From assembly GCF_018977255.1 (NCBI RefSeq), contig NW_024704743.1:28522001-28586000 (forward strand): a DNA stretch of 64,000 nucleotides. The letters are read 5' to 3'. The notes below the pieces were generated by a model, which made no database searches, was not told where the DNA came from, and saw only the letters and a list, made by a program, of their open reading frames with translations. Numbering within the stretch: position 1 is the first letter of the stretch; each line of letters starts with the position of its first letter. Source of the DNA: Callorhinchus milii. Its lineage: Eukaryota. Positions 26,271-40,400 of the stretch are shown here, piece by piece. The translations under genes and the position numbers were made by a program.

Positions 26271-27103
26271 ATCATTTCTGTTGTACAGTAAATGACGGTT
26301 GGAAATGCTGGTCAGCCGGGCGCCTGACACATGCAGAAACCCATCACCATGCTTAAGAGTATGCAAACCAAAGAGCTCCACGCGTCCCACCCATACAGAG
26401 ATATTTCATGGAATGCCCACACTTTCCCTGCATCACATTATTACAGACTGTATTAAGCTCTGATTAGGCTTAGGGCTCCGAGAAGGTGCACTGCGGTACA
26501 GAGCGTTGGCTCCAGTCTGACATTCTGTTGTCAGACTTGTCACCTTGGAGCCAGTTCAGCTTCGTGGACCCTGCTTAACTCCCTTCCAAAGAGCTTACTT
26601 CATTGGCAACTTGCTTAAATGCTTAGCTCAGTTGGTAGCATTTTCACCTCCTGAGTCAGAAGGTTCTGGATTCAAACCCACATTGGGAGTTTGAATTCAG
26701 TCTCGGCTGTCCCTTCAATACAGTGCTGGGTGAGCAATTCATTTTAAAGGTACCATCCTGTAGATGAGACATTTAACTGAGACACAGCTCAGGTGGATCT
26801 TAAAGATTTTCTGGCACTATTTGAATTTTCTCCTGGCCAACAATCCCCCAAATAAAATTGGCTATTCACTTAATAGCTGTTTGTTGGGGCACTTCTGTGT
26901 GTAGATGGGCTACCACATTTACCCTACAAAAATAATAGTCACTACACTTACAGTAATTCCTGTGAAGCACTTTGAGCAGGCTTTATCACTCCATCAAAAC
27001 ATCTTAAATTGTTCCACAGGATCTGCTGTAAAGTGTAGTGGCTGTATTTATTTGTATTTGGCAGCCAATTTGCACACAGTAATGTCCCACCTTCATTTCA
27101 CAA

Positions 27104-27109
27104 AATAAA
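27104..27109 (+). other. Candidate serpin polyadenylation signal AATAAA
   Basis: Motif only; an alternative lies at 26851 inside a SINE. Confidence 0.35.
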
Positions 27110-27391
27110 CACCAACTTTACTGAAATCCTGTTAAGCCCTGTAAGACACCAAAATGAAAGGTCACCCACTTGCCACGTTTGGGTTACATTTCTGTTTCAA
27201 AGTCTACTATTTCTGAATGTATTATTTAGTGATTGCACTATCTATATTAAAAGCTAACCATGATAAACTGCTCTAATCTTGTTCAGTATTACAAGTCTGC
27301 ATTCTGTGTGATATTTCTATCATAAACTGCTACTATTTTGTTAATCCTAACAAATGTTCAGGACCTGTGAGATAGAAACGCATTGCATATT

Positions 27392-27397
27392 TTTATT
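27392..27397 (-). other. Candidate RIPK1 polyadenylation signal AATAAA
   Basis: ~800 nt downstream of the stop codon. Confidence 0.45.
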
Positions 27398-28197
27398 TAT
27401 TTTGCCACATTACAAAGACAGTGGTGTTATCTCCCTGTAACCACATGGTTTGCTGATGTGAGATAGATGCCAATTTTAGGTAGCACTAAACACTTTAGGT
27501 AGCACATGAAACGCTTACATTATGTTTGTTTTCAGCATTTCAGCACATTGGGACATTCTGCCGACGTGAAAGGTGTTCTATAAATGCAATTTGTGGTTGT
27601 TGTACTCTTTACCCATATTCTAGGTTTTATAATTTAAAAAATATACTTGATACAAAAGGCAGTGTTGGGTCCTGCTGGCGTTAACTGAAATTGGGACAGA
27701 CTTAGACCAGATCCAGAGAACTAACCAGAGTTCAATATAACATTGGCGATCCCACTCTTGGTATGGAAAGTGCAAACATATAACCCTTGTGGAGTAACGG
27801 ATGTTCTTCTAAAGATATCGGTAATAAACGTAGTAATCTCCAGAAGCATGGGAGGCTGCTGCTATCCCTTCACAAAACATAAATTGGGACAAAACATACA
27901 GCGTTCCTTTGTACTCCATACCAAAGGGAATGACCAAGCCAATTGGCTGCACAGGACAAATGATTGTCATGTCCTTGACAGATGCAACAGCCGCTAAAAC
28001 TCCAAATCTGGTAGCTCCAGATTGAGCAGCCAGAGAACTCTTTACTGTTCCAGAAGTTAAAAAGATTTGTTAGCTGAATACTATCACACGTAATGCATGT
28101 AACCAGGGATTTTAAAGTGGTTAACACTTGTGCATGTCTTGTGTGTGCCCACAGATCCAGATAGCAGTGGTCCTCTCATTGAAAACTGGGCAAAGCC

Positions 28198-28478
28198 CTA
28201 GGCACAGTTCTGCAGACTGAGAGTTAGGTCAAACCTCTTGCAGGATTGGAGGGCTTGAGCCAGTTTGTTGACAGTAGCGCCTTTTCCACCTTCTTTCATC
28301 TGCCACTTGTGCAACATTTGGTAAACTTTCTCCTTCAGTCCGTCCCTCTCGTAGTCATGATCAATTTCATCAATTTCCGACTCCCTGAAGCCAAGCTTTC
28401 GAGCGCAGTGTTTCCAATCTTTCCCGAGCTCTGAGCGCAAGAGGTCAAGATGAGAATCTTTAACTGGGCTCCGGTCAT
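28198..28478 (-). CDS. RIPK1: RIPK1 last exon, death domain
   Basis: [14 protein letters not shown]...[14 protein letters not shown]...GATV; TAG stop. Confidence 0.95.
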
Positions 28479-31400
28479 CTGAAAATAGGGCAAGAGACAC
28501 ATCAGCTCTGCAATGGAGGAAACAGAAAATATGCAAACAAATTGCCTTCGCTGTGTAAAAGCCTTACTAAAAATTTCCAAGTGTTCCGCTCTTTGAGGTG
28601 CATTTGGCACTGCAGAATTTTTCTTCTTTTTCTTGTTGAAAACCTGTTTTTCAATATTCAGAACGTTATTGGAACCGATCTGAACAGTCTTGGTGTTTGA
28701 TACAAAGATTCTTGATGTTGATTCTAATAAAGGAAAACACATTTAAGGACTAAGAAAATGCACACAGCTGAGCAAGAAGCTACGGACCTGTATTCAAACT
28801 CACATACGTACTGAAAATTAAATACCTGCCACCACAACTAAGAGAAATATGTGTTACACTTGTTAAACTGATATAGAAATGATTCTCACTATTTACCAAC
28901 TCATGTTTTACAGGTTGATAGTGGGGACTATCTTACTCCGATAAAACATTGACTTTTTCATCAAGGTTTTGCTATATTTACCGATCAATGTTAACAACAA
29001 CAATCAGGAGTCCTGTAGCTCAGTTAAAGCACTCGCTTCGCAAGCGAGAGACCTGGGTTTGATTCCCGGCAGGGCGAAATGTTGGGCAAGTTTCCTTACT
29101 CCACAAATCTCTGTTTACTTAGCAGTAAGTTGGAACCTGGTTATTAAGTCGATTGGTGGATCGCTTTTCTGGGGATAATAATCCCTCAAGAAAAAAACTG
29201 AAAAAAAACAATACTAATTTGGTCATTCAATCCACGACTGTTTGTGGGACACTGCTGTATGCAACTGGCTGCCGTGTTTCCTCCACAAATATAGTCAATT
29301 CAATTTACAGTATATTCTGTGAAGTGCTTTGAGACCTCTAAAAGATGTGAAAAGTGCCGTATCAATTCCAAGGATTATTATTATTTATATATGTTACAAA
29401 ATTCCTCCTAAACTCACTTTTAGATCTGCTACAGGTTATTATATTTATGCCCCTTCATTTTGGACTCACCAACAAGTGGAAACAGCTATTCATGTCCACC
29501 TTATCAAACCCTTTTATAACCTTAAGCACTTTCATCGGGTCGCCTCTCGACATGGCATTGCTTTTTATTTTATTTTTATTTTATTTTCAGTGAGATATTC
29601 AAAGAAGGAAAAAGATTTGGAGGAATTAAGGGGACTGATGTAGAAATGAGAGGCACAGCAGTGATACAGTGATTGGGATGGGGGTATGTTGTATGCATTA
29701 ATAGGAAGATATCACTGGGGGTGAGCCAGGTTTCAGTGAAGTAAAGGACATCAATGTTTTTATCAGCATAAGATTGCAGATGGAGAGAGATTTATTAGCA
29801 GGGAGTGGATGTTTTGGAGGGTGATGCGCAAGAGAAGGGAGATGGGAACTCAGCACAGTGGAGGATTCCTGGTCTTACCTGGGTCAACAAAGTTCAAGTT
29901 AGAGTCAGATCCAATGGTGTTTGCAGTATTCCAAGCAACATTCCCTAAAAACCAAAATAGAAAGCAATGCCACACCATTGTTTATTAAAGTTGACACAAG
30001 CACATTGCACTCTTCTACCAAATTCACCCGATATTAATCATTTGCAGATTTTCCCTTTTGCAGCCCAGCAGTACTGATGCCAGTAGTGGTGTGTAACAGC
30101 TGCCTCAGCTGAGATAAGACAATTTAGTACAGGAATGAGACTTGCAACTTTCTAATCGTATGGATTAGAACTGGGTGATGCCTTTATCAACCAGACCAGA
30201 CTAATCAGAGGCTTAAATTATTGTCAACTTGACTTTGATTACAATGCCATACAGTAACTGATTATAATGTTGTGTAATGATTTGGATTATAATGGGGAAA
30301 TCCCATTAAGAGAGAGGCATCATTAATGTTGGTGCTCAGAACCCTGGAATTTCATCCCTCAGGAGAGCGAGATAGACAGTTTTAATAATAATACAACAAC
30401 TTGCAGCTATATAGCGGCCTTCTCGCAGGTTAGCATCCTGGAGAGCTTTATAATAATTCTTGAATTTGTTATCACATCTTCGAGTTGTCTCAAAATGCTT
30501 GACAGAATATACTGTAAAGTGAATTGACTGCACATTTTGTGGGCGAAACACAGCAGCCAGACACAACAGTGTACCAAAAACAGTTGTGGATTAAGTGACC
30601 AATTTTTTAAAAAAAATTATTTTTGAACGGATTATTACCCACAAAAAAGCAAATTGACAAATTCACTAACAACTGGGTTCTTACTTTCTGCGTGTGGAGT
30701 AAGGAAACTTGCCTAATATTTTGCCCTGGCCGGGAATCAAACTCAGGTCCTCTAGTTTGCGAGGTGAATGGTCTAACCAATACGCTACAGAATACATTTT
30801 AAATCGGAATAGCTAGCAGCTAAGCCAGGTTCATCTTTTGTCAAACCAGTGAATTTACTTGTTCCACCCCACAACACGAGAGAGACCACTAGTCGCCTGC
30901 CTGCCACACAAACCCTATGTGCCTGAGACTGGCTCGGGCCAATGGACAATCCCATTCCCACTGGTGAATGGTACCAAGAGGTAAGTCTTGAGATGTGCCT
31001 AACCTTAAACTTCCCGGGACTCTACCCCACATAAAGGGTGCTATATAAATGCAGGTTGTTGTTGTTGTTGTTGTAACCTATACAATCGAGGAGTCTCTGA
31101 CACTCACGGCCAAGGCTCATACATGAACAATGCTTACTTGCACAGGGCGCTGGAGGTTAAACACAGCCCATGAGTAAGAGGCTGGAGATCAGGAGCAGAG
31201 GCGTTTGCCAACAGATTTTTTAAAAAAAATAACTGGACCCAAAATTTTCAGGGAGAACTCTTGCAACAAATTCAGGAAGAAGTGTATCAACACATTTATG
31301 AAGTGTTTTCGGGCTTATTTTTACTTGACAGATTGCTACATAAACAAGTTATTATTGTTTGCCATCACCCTGGCCCACATCAATATAGAAGTAGAATAGT

Positions 31401-34400
31401 TACAACGCCTACTTTAATGCAATTTTTGATTACAATTTGCACTTATATCGCATCCTCCACACAGGGTAGCGTCTCGGAGCACTTAAATTACAAAAAGCAA
31501 TTAAAATTAAAAGCACAAAAAACACACCTGGTCTTGTATGCTCCTGCCATAGGGGAGTCCTCAATTGCCGTTCAACATGCAGGCTACCAGTTTCTGAAAT
31601 GGGAATGGTGCCCAGACCTCTTTGTGCAATCTCCCCCTGTGTCATAGGGATACCTACTGGGCTTGTTTTAGTTGCATACGCGCTGGTCTCCTCCTTGGCT
31701 GGTTTACAAAGGCTGTCATAAGTGGCTGCCCCCTGGTAAAGATCAGGGTGAGCCCCCAAATTCTGGGTGCTAGAAGACATTGGAGCACTGTGTAACCCTG
31801 CCAAAAGGTTGGTGTGGAACATTTTAGCAGAAAACTGGTTTGTGAACACGGGTTCATTTGAAACTCTCCTGCTTCTTTCCTCCATGATCTGATTGAATTG
31901 GCTCTCAGGATATTGTGAGCACACGTTGTCTAGACGGCTGCCGTACATGTGGTAATTGTATTCATCATCCAGCTTCCTCAAGAGAGGAGGTAAAGCTTGG
32001 CTGTTATACTCTTCCTCAGAAGGCTCGTTCAATTTTGCTGGAGCGAATGAGTCCTCCGCAATGTGGCCACTGGCAGCGTTTCCTTGTGAGCTATGTAAGG
32101 AATTTGGATCATCTGTGAAACACACAAAGAGAAACTGTAAATTTTAATTGCTGAATAATTTATACACTGAGGTCTAATTTACAATATTTATAACCTGAAT
32201 TCAATGTGTTAGCCTGATTCTTTCTCCCTCATAACTAATTGGATGCCGTTCTTACATACTGGCAATGCTAACTAAGATGTGAGCCAGAATGGTTCATTCG
32301 CTGATGCTTACAGTTAGTTCATTTCATGGTAAAACCTGGAAACTGCTTTGAGACATCTTAATCATGTGAGAAGGCGTTATATCAAATGCGAGGATTATAT
32401 AATGTGCTAATTACGATTTCCTGCGAGCAAACATCCAGATATTTGAGAGATTTATAAACAGCTGGATGTGTTTGAATCATGTTTATGAAAGTCACAGTTA
32501 ACATCCCTAATCCCTAACATTCCACACGTATTTAAAGGGAAGACTGAGTTTGAAAGGGGAAAGTGTGCTCTGCTGAATAATCCTGTGTCAATATTCTTTC
32601 ATACTTCAGGAAAATGTATAAAACATGACAAACACTGCATTCTGTGACTCAGACCTTCTCGTGTTTAAGATGTGAAGTGTACCTTTTGTAGCATGGCTTG
32701 GCAGTTCTGCATTACTATCCATTTGAAGAGACTGCATTCTTTTAACCAGTTCTCTTGGAGCAGTTGGCTTCACCCGGGTTAATTCCTGTTAATTGTTAAA
32801 GCAGGAGCAAGGTCACAACAATTCAGTTCTGGGCAAGTGGATGGAATTACAGTCTTAGCACAATTGTGAAAATTAATATGAGAAACATGGTGCTATTAGG
32901 TCCACCTTTGAAGAAGTTATGAGGAATTCCACTAATAATTGCTGAGATAAAATCTGTTGAAAACTCTGCTAAATCTTTTACAATTACCTCTGGGCTAAAG
33001 GGAAGGAGTAGATGTTTAAGGATTATGGGGTTCTCTAAATTAAAATGCAGGGATTATTACATATATTTTAGTGGGAAATTACAAAAGAGAGAAAGGAAAC
33101 ATTATACAGGTCCTAAATAAAAACAGAAACCATGCGGAGGGATGCTGGAATTATGAAATAAAACCCAAAACACTGAAAGTGTCACTCAGATCTGACCCAT
33201 CAGAAAAAGTGCTCTGAAAAAGACCAGGCCTGAAACTTTAACCTATTTATCTTGTTCAGATTCTGCACAAGTAAATATTGTTGGGAAATCAGTACAAGAA
33301 TAAACATTACTGATTCAAGATCATAATGGCTCGAAAATCTCATGAAGCTCTTTGAGACATCTCAATGATGTGATGATGTGCTATGTCAAACGCAAGGATT
33401 ATTATTATTATAATAATAAAACTGCAGATTGTAACATTAAATCAATACTTACTCTTAATGTTTCTATATCTGTAGTAATGTCTTCACTTAGCTTTTCTTC
33501 ATAGAATGGCCTTAATTTATGATTACATTCTGAAACAGACAGGATTGTTAGTGAGCAATAAACACATTCAGTCTCCTTTAAATAGGAACGTATGGGACCA
33601 GAAAGACCATTATGATCCCATCATCCCATATAAAAATAATTAAATCTGGAAAGTGTCTGGTCACTTTCTCTTTGGAGCTTGAGTCTGTGTCCCCTAAACT
33701 TATTGACCGTGTTGCCAGAGTGCAGGAATGCACCTCAGTACATCTGTAATCTGGCAATAACCAGCAGCTGCATATTGCTCTTGGTCCATCATGTACTCGT
33801 ATAGCATGTGATTTTGCAAACAAAAGGCAACTATATTAATCCCTTAATTGTCATGCTATAAGCTTGGAGATGAGAAAGGTGAGATGGTTCTATCACCCTT
33901 ATATGTACACCCTCAATATGGCTCGCTCTCCCTCGTAGTGTACTTACAAGGTGGTCTGTGTCCAATCTTCACTAATGAATGCAAGTTCCTATAACTAGGT
34001 ATAACTTGACTAATGAGTTCTTTCATGACGACAGATATTATTAATTGCTATTTAAATTAAAGCAAATAGGAAAGCTTCAGTCAATCAGAGGTTTATTTTA
34101 CACCTCTGTGACCTAAGCTGAACCTGTTTGTGTATTCCTCCTTCTTTGATTTATACAGAAAGCTTGAGTTAATCACAGTTAAGTTAGCTCCACAGAATTT
34201 TATTGTAGCTTCAATGAAATCCACAACCCTCAGCATTAAATCTTAAACAAGAAATATTAACAACCACAACTATAAGATAACAAACATAAAATCACACTTA
34301 AATTACACACGATAGCAGCCACATGTAATGAAGTTAATGTGAAGTGCACGAAGACTACTACTCATCAATAGTCAGAGCACGTACCTTTGTTGTCATCAGA

Positions 34401-37400
34401 TCGAAAAATAGTGACCACGAGCACATGGCACTCGTTCTTTTACGGGCATTGAGCCCCTCCCCGAATTAGGGTACCCAGTGGTAACTGTATTGCACTAATT
34501 ACCCGATGTAACAAAAAAGGCACCGATTACTTAATGTACCCGTATAGCGGGTACATTTCCAATCCTTCATCTGCATATTGGAATGGTAAATTACCGTCAA
34601 ATGATTGAGGTCAATGCTAGAGTTGGACTTGATAGCACCATAAGTATCAAAAACATTCAATACACAATTTTTTTTTAAAAGCGTTACTCAATATAGTTAA
34701 ACAACAGAGAGGCGTTGAAAACAAAAAGGGGTGACCGTGACAAAGGTTATAGATTTGTGAACTGCGTATTCCACTGAATGCACTAAATTGAAATATTGCT
34801 TACATCTCTTCTGCCATTAGAGGGAGCACTACACCTTAGGAGATTTTACAGCACTGGACATCATTTTGTGAAAATATTTCTGGTCAGCTGTGTGTCTGAC
34901 GCATGCTTAAAGGCTGAGAGTATGCTAGCCACACATGGAAATTTCCTTGTGTCTGAAATGGAAGGTGCATTCTTGCACTGGAAGAACGCATTCTTCTTAT
35001 CTAAATCTGAAAGAGTATTAGAACCTAGTGAGCAGGAGCCAAGGCTTGGGACCCCATCGTGTGCGTTGGGGTTACTGCTGGAATCTAACCAGCTAAAATT
35101 GCAAGATACAATACTTGAGCACACTGACAAGAGTCAGATTCTAGACCAAGGGTTCCCAAACTTTCTGGGCTCAAGGTCACCATGATATTAGTCATCCTGA
35201 CTGAAGACCCCCACTTGGGCTGGGATCTCTGGAGCCTTGGGGGGGGGGGGTTGAAAATATTCTTGGGGTAAAATGATTAAGACTTATCGGACATCCTCAC
35301 CTTTAATTATCAATTCACTTTACAGTATATTCTGTGAAGTGCTTTGAGACGTCTCAAAGACGTGATAAGGCACTATACCAAATGCAAATATTATTATTAT
35401 TGGCCAATGAACCTGACAGTCAAGCCAAACGCTTGGTTTTAAGACACATGCAACCCTTGCACTTCCTGCTGCCTTCTGTGTGTCTTCTAGCTCAGCGGTC
35501 CCCCTGAACTATCCCCGCCCACCTGCCCCCCCAACCCCATCGGGCTCCAGGGATCCCAGTTTGGGAACCAATGTCCTATCAAGACTAAAAGAGTAGCAAA
35601 AGCTTCTGATCAGTAGAGGTGCAATCCTCTCTAAAACGCAAAGGCTGCAAAAAGCAAAGTACAAAAATAACTTGTGAACTTCTCTATTCAAAAAAAATGC
35701 ACATCAGCAACATCATACCACACTGCCTTGCAAAATAAAATCCCAAACTCCCAATAGTGATTGTGCATCAGATCAGTCAAAAACTGGGCTTCCAATCATT
35801 TCCAAATCTTCATGCCTGTTCTTAAGAATTTGGACGCGGGTTGTCACAGGGGTGTTCATTCAGGTTGCATTAACTCTACTAAGATCCACTAACTCAGCAT
35901 AGATCAATGATGGAGACTGGAAACTTCACCTCTGCGTATTTCCATATTGGATAAACAGCTCCTTGAGACATCCTCCAGACATGAAAGGTGAGTCATGGAA
36001 ATGCAGACAATACAAAGGTAATTTCTTGTTGTGAACCATTCATTTAATTCCAGAAGAGGACATCCAACCTTCTCAGATAGGTAATAAAACAAAGAAAGTC
36101 GAAACTGGCTTTTCTTTTCAGCTGATTGAAGGCTGTATTTGTGGTTCTGTGTATTTCTATAATTCTAGGTTCAATATTCAGTCAAAGAAATGTAGACACA
36201 AGGCACAGTATTATGCGCAGTTTGTCAAGAATGAAGGCTTGTGGACCAGACAATATGCATTGGGGTACAGTGTTCAATGTTTTTTGACTATAGATGTTTG
36301 CATGTTACTTTTGCACTTTTACAGCCTTTGGGTTTTAAGAGAGGATTGCATGTAGGTGTTCTAACTCCAGTAATAACCCAGAAATTCTTCAGGATTTCCA
36401 TTGCTCTGCAAAGTTACCAATCTTGGCAGTGTATAAGAAAAGAACTGAGTCTCAGTCAATTACCCACCTTTAAAGGTTGGCCTGCTCTCAGGCTTGTTTT
36501 CCCAGCACTGTTGCATTAAGTTTACAATCTCCTCTGGTGCCTCATTAGGAAGCTCGTTTACATCGGGACGATCTCCATTAAGGACTAGATGATAGATCTG
36601 AGTGTCATTTACTGCATCTGGAGACATTTGAAACAAAAAAAACATTTCAGAAATCAACATAAAATGCAAACGCATTCTGAATCAATCACAAACCAGCACT
36701 CCTGCCTTCCAAATGGCAGCCAGTTTGATGAGAGTACACACAAAGACAACCCACACTAACACTCACCAACCCCCACCAACTCAAGACAACACATACTCAT
36801 CCATCCCCACCCTCCACTCATACAATCCCTCACACAATTCCACCCCACTCAGACATACACCACACCCCCCCACACTCACACAACTACTACTTTTCACCAC
36901 CCCCAAACACACACAAATCCACCACACTCACACATACCACAACGATCCCCAAACACTCACACAAACCAGACAACTCTGCCCACACAAAAAACATAAACAC
37001 ACAAATGCCCCCCGAACACAAAACACATGTACAAACAACAACAACAACAAGATTGCATTTATAGAGCGTCTCTCACATTGGGAGGTCATCCCAAGGCACT
37101 GGACAGTTGGGTCGAGACCCGAGCAGGGGGGATCTGGTCAGGGTGAGGGGAGGGAAGGGAGGGAGCAAGGAGGGGGTAGAGAGTCGAGAGGGGAGCTGAA
37201 GGCACGGTTGAAGAGAAAGGTCTTGAGACCGGCCTTGAAGGAGAAAAGGGAGGAAGCAAGGCGAAGATACTGGGGGATGGAGTTCCAGAGCCAACTCCAC
37301 GCAACACACAAAAAACACTATAGAAATGATACACACATACACAAAACAGAAAAACCACACACACAGACATAAAACTACACACAAGCACACACATGTACAA

Positions 37401-40400
37401 ACACTCACACAAAACAAAAAAAACAATTAGCATTTATATAGCGCCATTCACATTCTTGGAGCTCTCAAACCACGTGCACAAAATCACACATACACCAAAG
37501 AAAATAACTACAACTTGCATTTATATAGTGCCCTTCATGTAGAATAGCATCTTGGAGCGCTCAAACTACACACACACTCACACAGATACAACCATTGGTG
37601 GCCATGCTTTCAGCCACTATACCCCAAACTATGAATCTCCCTGGTTCAATCCCTCTGCATTGCCTCCTCCTTCCTCGTCTTCTGATCACACTTAAAGATC
37701 TTCCTCTGTGACCATGCCTTGCCATTTTCCCTCCTCTCCCTGGGTCAGTGTTAAGCACTCTGAGTTAATGTTATGCTACTCTGTGTGCTATATAAATTCA
37801 AGTTGTTGTTGTTGATAATAGTAATAATCCTTGCATTTGACATAGCGCTTTATCACGTCTTTGAGACGCCTCAAAGTGCTTCACAGAATATACTATAAAG
37901 TGTAAAGGGCAAAATGTGGCAGCCAATTGCACGCAGCAGTGTCCCACAAACAGTCGTGGATTGAAGTGACAAATTCATTATTTTTTCGAAGGAATTATTA
38001 CCCCTGGAACAGCGATCTACAATCGACTAATAACCGGGTTCTTAATTACTGCTAGGTAAACAGAGGCGTGTGGAGTAAGGAAACATGCCCAACATTTCAC
38101 CCTGTCGGAAATCAAACTCAGGTCTCTCGCTTGCGAGACGAGTGCTCTAACCACTGAGCTATAGGACTCAATTTTGACGATCAAAATTGAGAAAAATCAC
38201 TTCACAGGTCTTGATTTTCATTATCACTAAGGCTATAAGAAAATCACAGGCCACGATTTTGTTTTGGAAACCACAACTTGTAACACCCACTGCAACTTTA
38301 TATAGTTCCTCAATGTTTAATGACGATAGTGAGTATGCACTTCCCTTGATAGGCGGATGGTCCAATGGGAGTCCGTACTCACTGCAAGTACTTGAACTGA
38401 CTACAGTAAAACCACAACTTCAGCAAACTGTGTCTGCAACATTTGGACCAAAATAATTGCGATTTTCTTACAGCCTTATCTACCACCTCATAGAAGCTGA
38501 TGTGTCAAAACAAGCACAACAAACAATAAATTGCATTGCATAGTGCCTTTCAGGTCAGGAGGATGTCCCAAGACACTGGAGAGTCAAGGGTTTGCACCCA
38601 AACTGGATTCGGGAGGGACTTTGGAGAGATTAAAAGGACGAGGATCTCAATTCTTTGGAGGATGGGATGAGGATGGGGAACAAGTGGAGTCCAGCAAGGA
38701 CGAGGGTGATAGGCTCATGGAGCACTTAATAATGGGAGCAGTGAACACTGAGCAAGAAGAGAAAAGAATGTTGAGGAGAGTGAAGGCATGGTCGATAGGA
38801 TAGTGGAACTATCCTTTAGAACTGCATCCTATAATCCCTTTGCTTGCTCCCTCTCTTGCCTGCTTCAAGGCCTGTCTCAAGACCCTCCTATTCAACCATG
38901 CCTTTGTTCACCCTCCTACCCCTACCTTCCATCCCTCCTGATCCCAACCACCTGCTCGGGTTCAAATCCCTGGCTGACCAGCGTCTTGGGATGTCCTCCC
39001 GACCTGAAAGGCGCTATACAAATGTAATTTGTTGTTGTTGTGTGTCGGGGTTTGGTCAGGATTTAATGCCTCTTGAATGGCGTACTTTCTCCATCCCCCA
39101 AAACAAAACCAGATGTAAATAATAATAATCCTTGCATTTTTATAGTGCCTTTCACGTCAAGAGGAAGTCTCAAGCACCTCACAGGATTTCTGATACAAGG
39201 TGGTGTGCTTTGCTCAGAGGGATCATTAGTGCGATGGGATTATAAGAGGCCCCACGCTTAATTTGATTTTGCTTTTCAGGAGGTGAAAATGTATCCACAT
39301 GGATGTTACAGATGTATTATACATGGATCTAATCTCAATCATACTGAGGGATGCACATTGATCTTGGTATTATATTGTCTAGCATTCACACGTTCGTTTG
39401 AAAATGCTTTAAAAAGTTAAAAGAATGGGAATCAGCGAGCTAGTAAGAACGACAACTTGCATTTACATAGTGCCCTTCACACAGAGTAGAATCTTGGCAT
39501 CCTGACAGCATAAATTGGGATTATACCCAGAAGAAAATCAGGAGAGGCTAGAAGATGTGCCTTTACTGTGAAGTTAGTACAAGTGTAATATCTCACCACA
39601 ACTGGCTGTTAAACATTTGTAAGGGAACTGGATAACTGCTTGAGGAAAAATAATATTAAGGGGCAGGACAATGGGATCAGTGGAGATAACTGCAGTAGGG
39701 GAGCTAGCACTCACAAAGACCACATTTCGCCCTACTGTGCTGTGAACTGTCTATGATTCTGAGTCTCGCAAAGAGCCCCAAAGTGAGCAGTCACAAACTA
39801 CTTACTTTCATATGGTTCCTTATTGGTCATGATGACCCAGACCACGATTGAGAAACTGTAGACATCAGATTTCTCCGTGGGTTTGGTATTCAGCGATTGC
39901 AGGTGCTCGGGAGCCAGGTAGCAGAGAGTACCCGCATTGTTCTTGGGCTGGATGCCTAAATTGGACCTTCGGTTTTGCTCTTCCGTCAGCCTGCTCCAGG
40001 TTTTAAAAGTTGCTACACCAAGATCTGCGATCTAAAGAGAAAAAGCGGGTACTAAAAGAATCTTCTATTCCGACAATGTCTCCAACATTAATAGCAGGTG
40101 GTTTAAAAACTATGTCATCTTTTTGGTCAGCCGGGTGTCTGACACATGAGGAAACACATCACCATACTCAACAGTATGCAAATCAAACTGAGATTTCTAT
40201 GCATCCCACGTACACATGGAAATCCCAGAGATAGATTCTTGGAATGGAATGCGCACTTTCTCCCTGGAAGGGTGCATCCTGCTTACCTAATTCTGGAGAG
40301 TATTAGGCGCAGGTGGGCAAGAGCCATGTGTTGGTGACCCCAGAGTGTGCATTGGGTTACTACTGGAGTCTAACTAAACTGCCCAGCTTGCCATTGATAT

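Noticed and set aside
29400..29550. Possible additional RIPK1 exon
   Set aside because: Resembles a CR1 3' fragment; not needed for frame continuity
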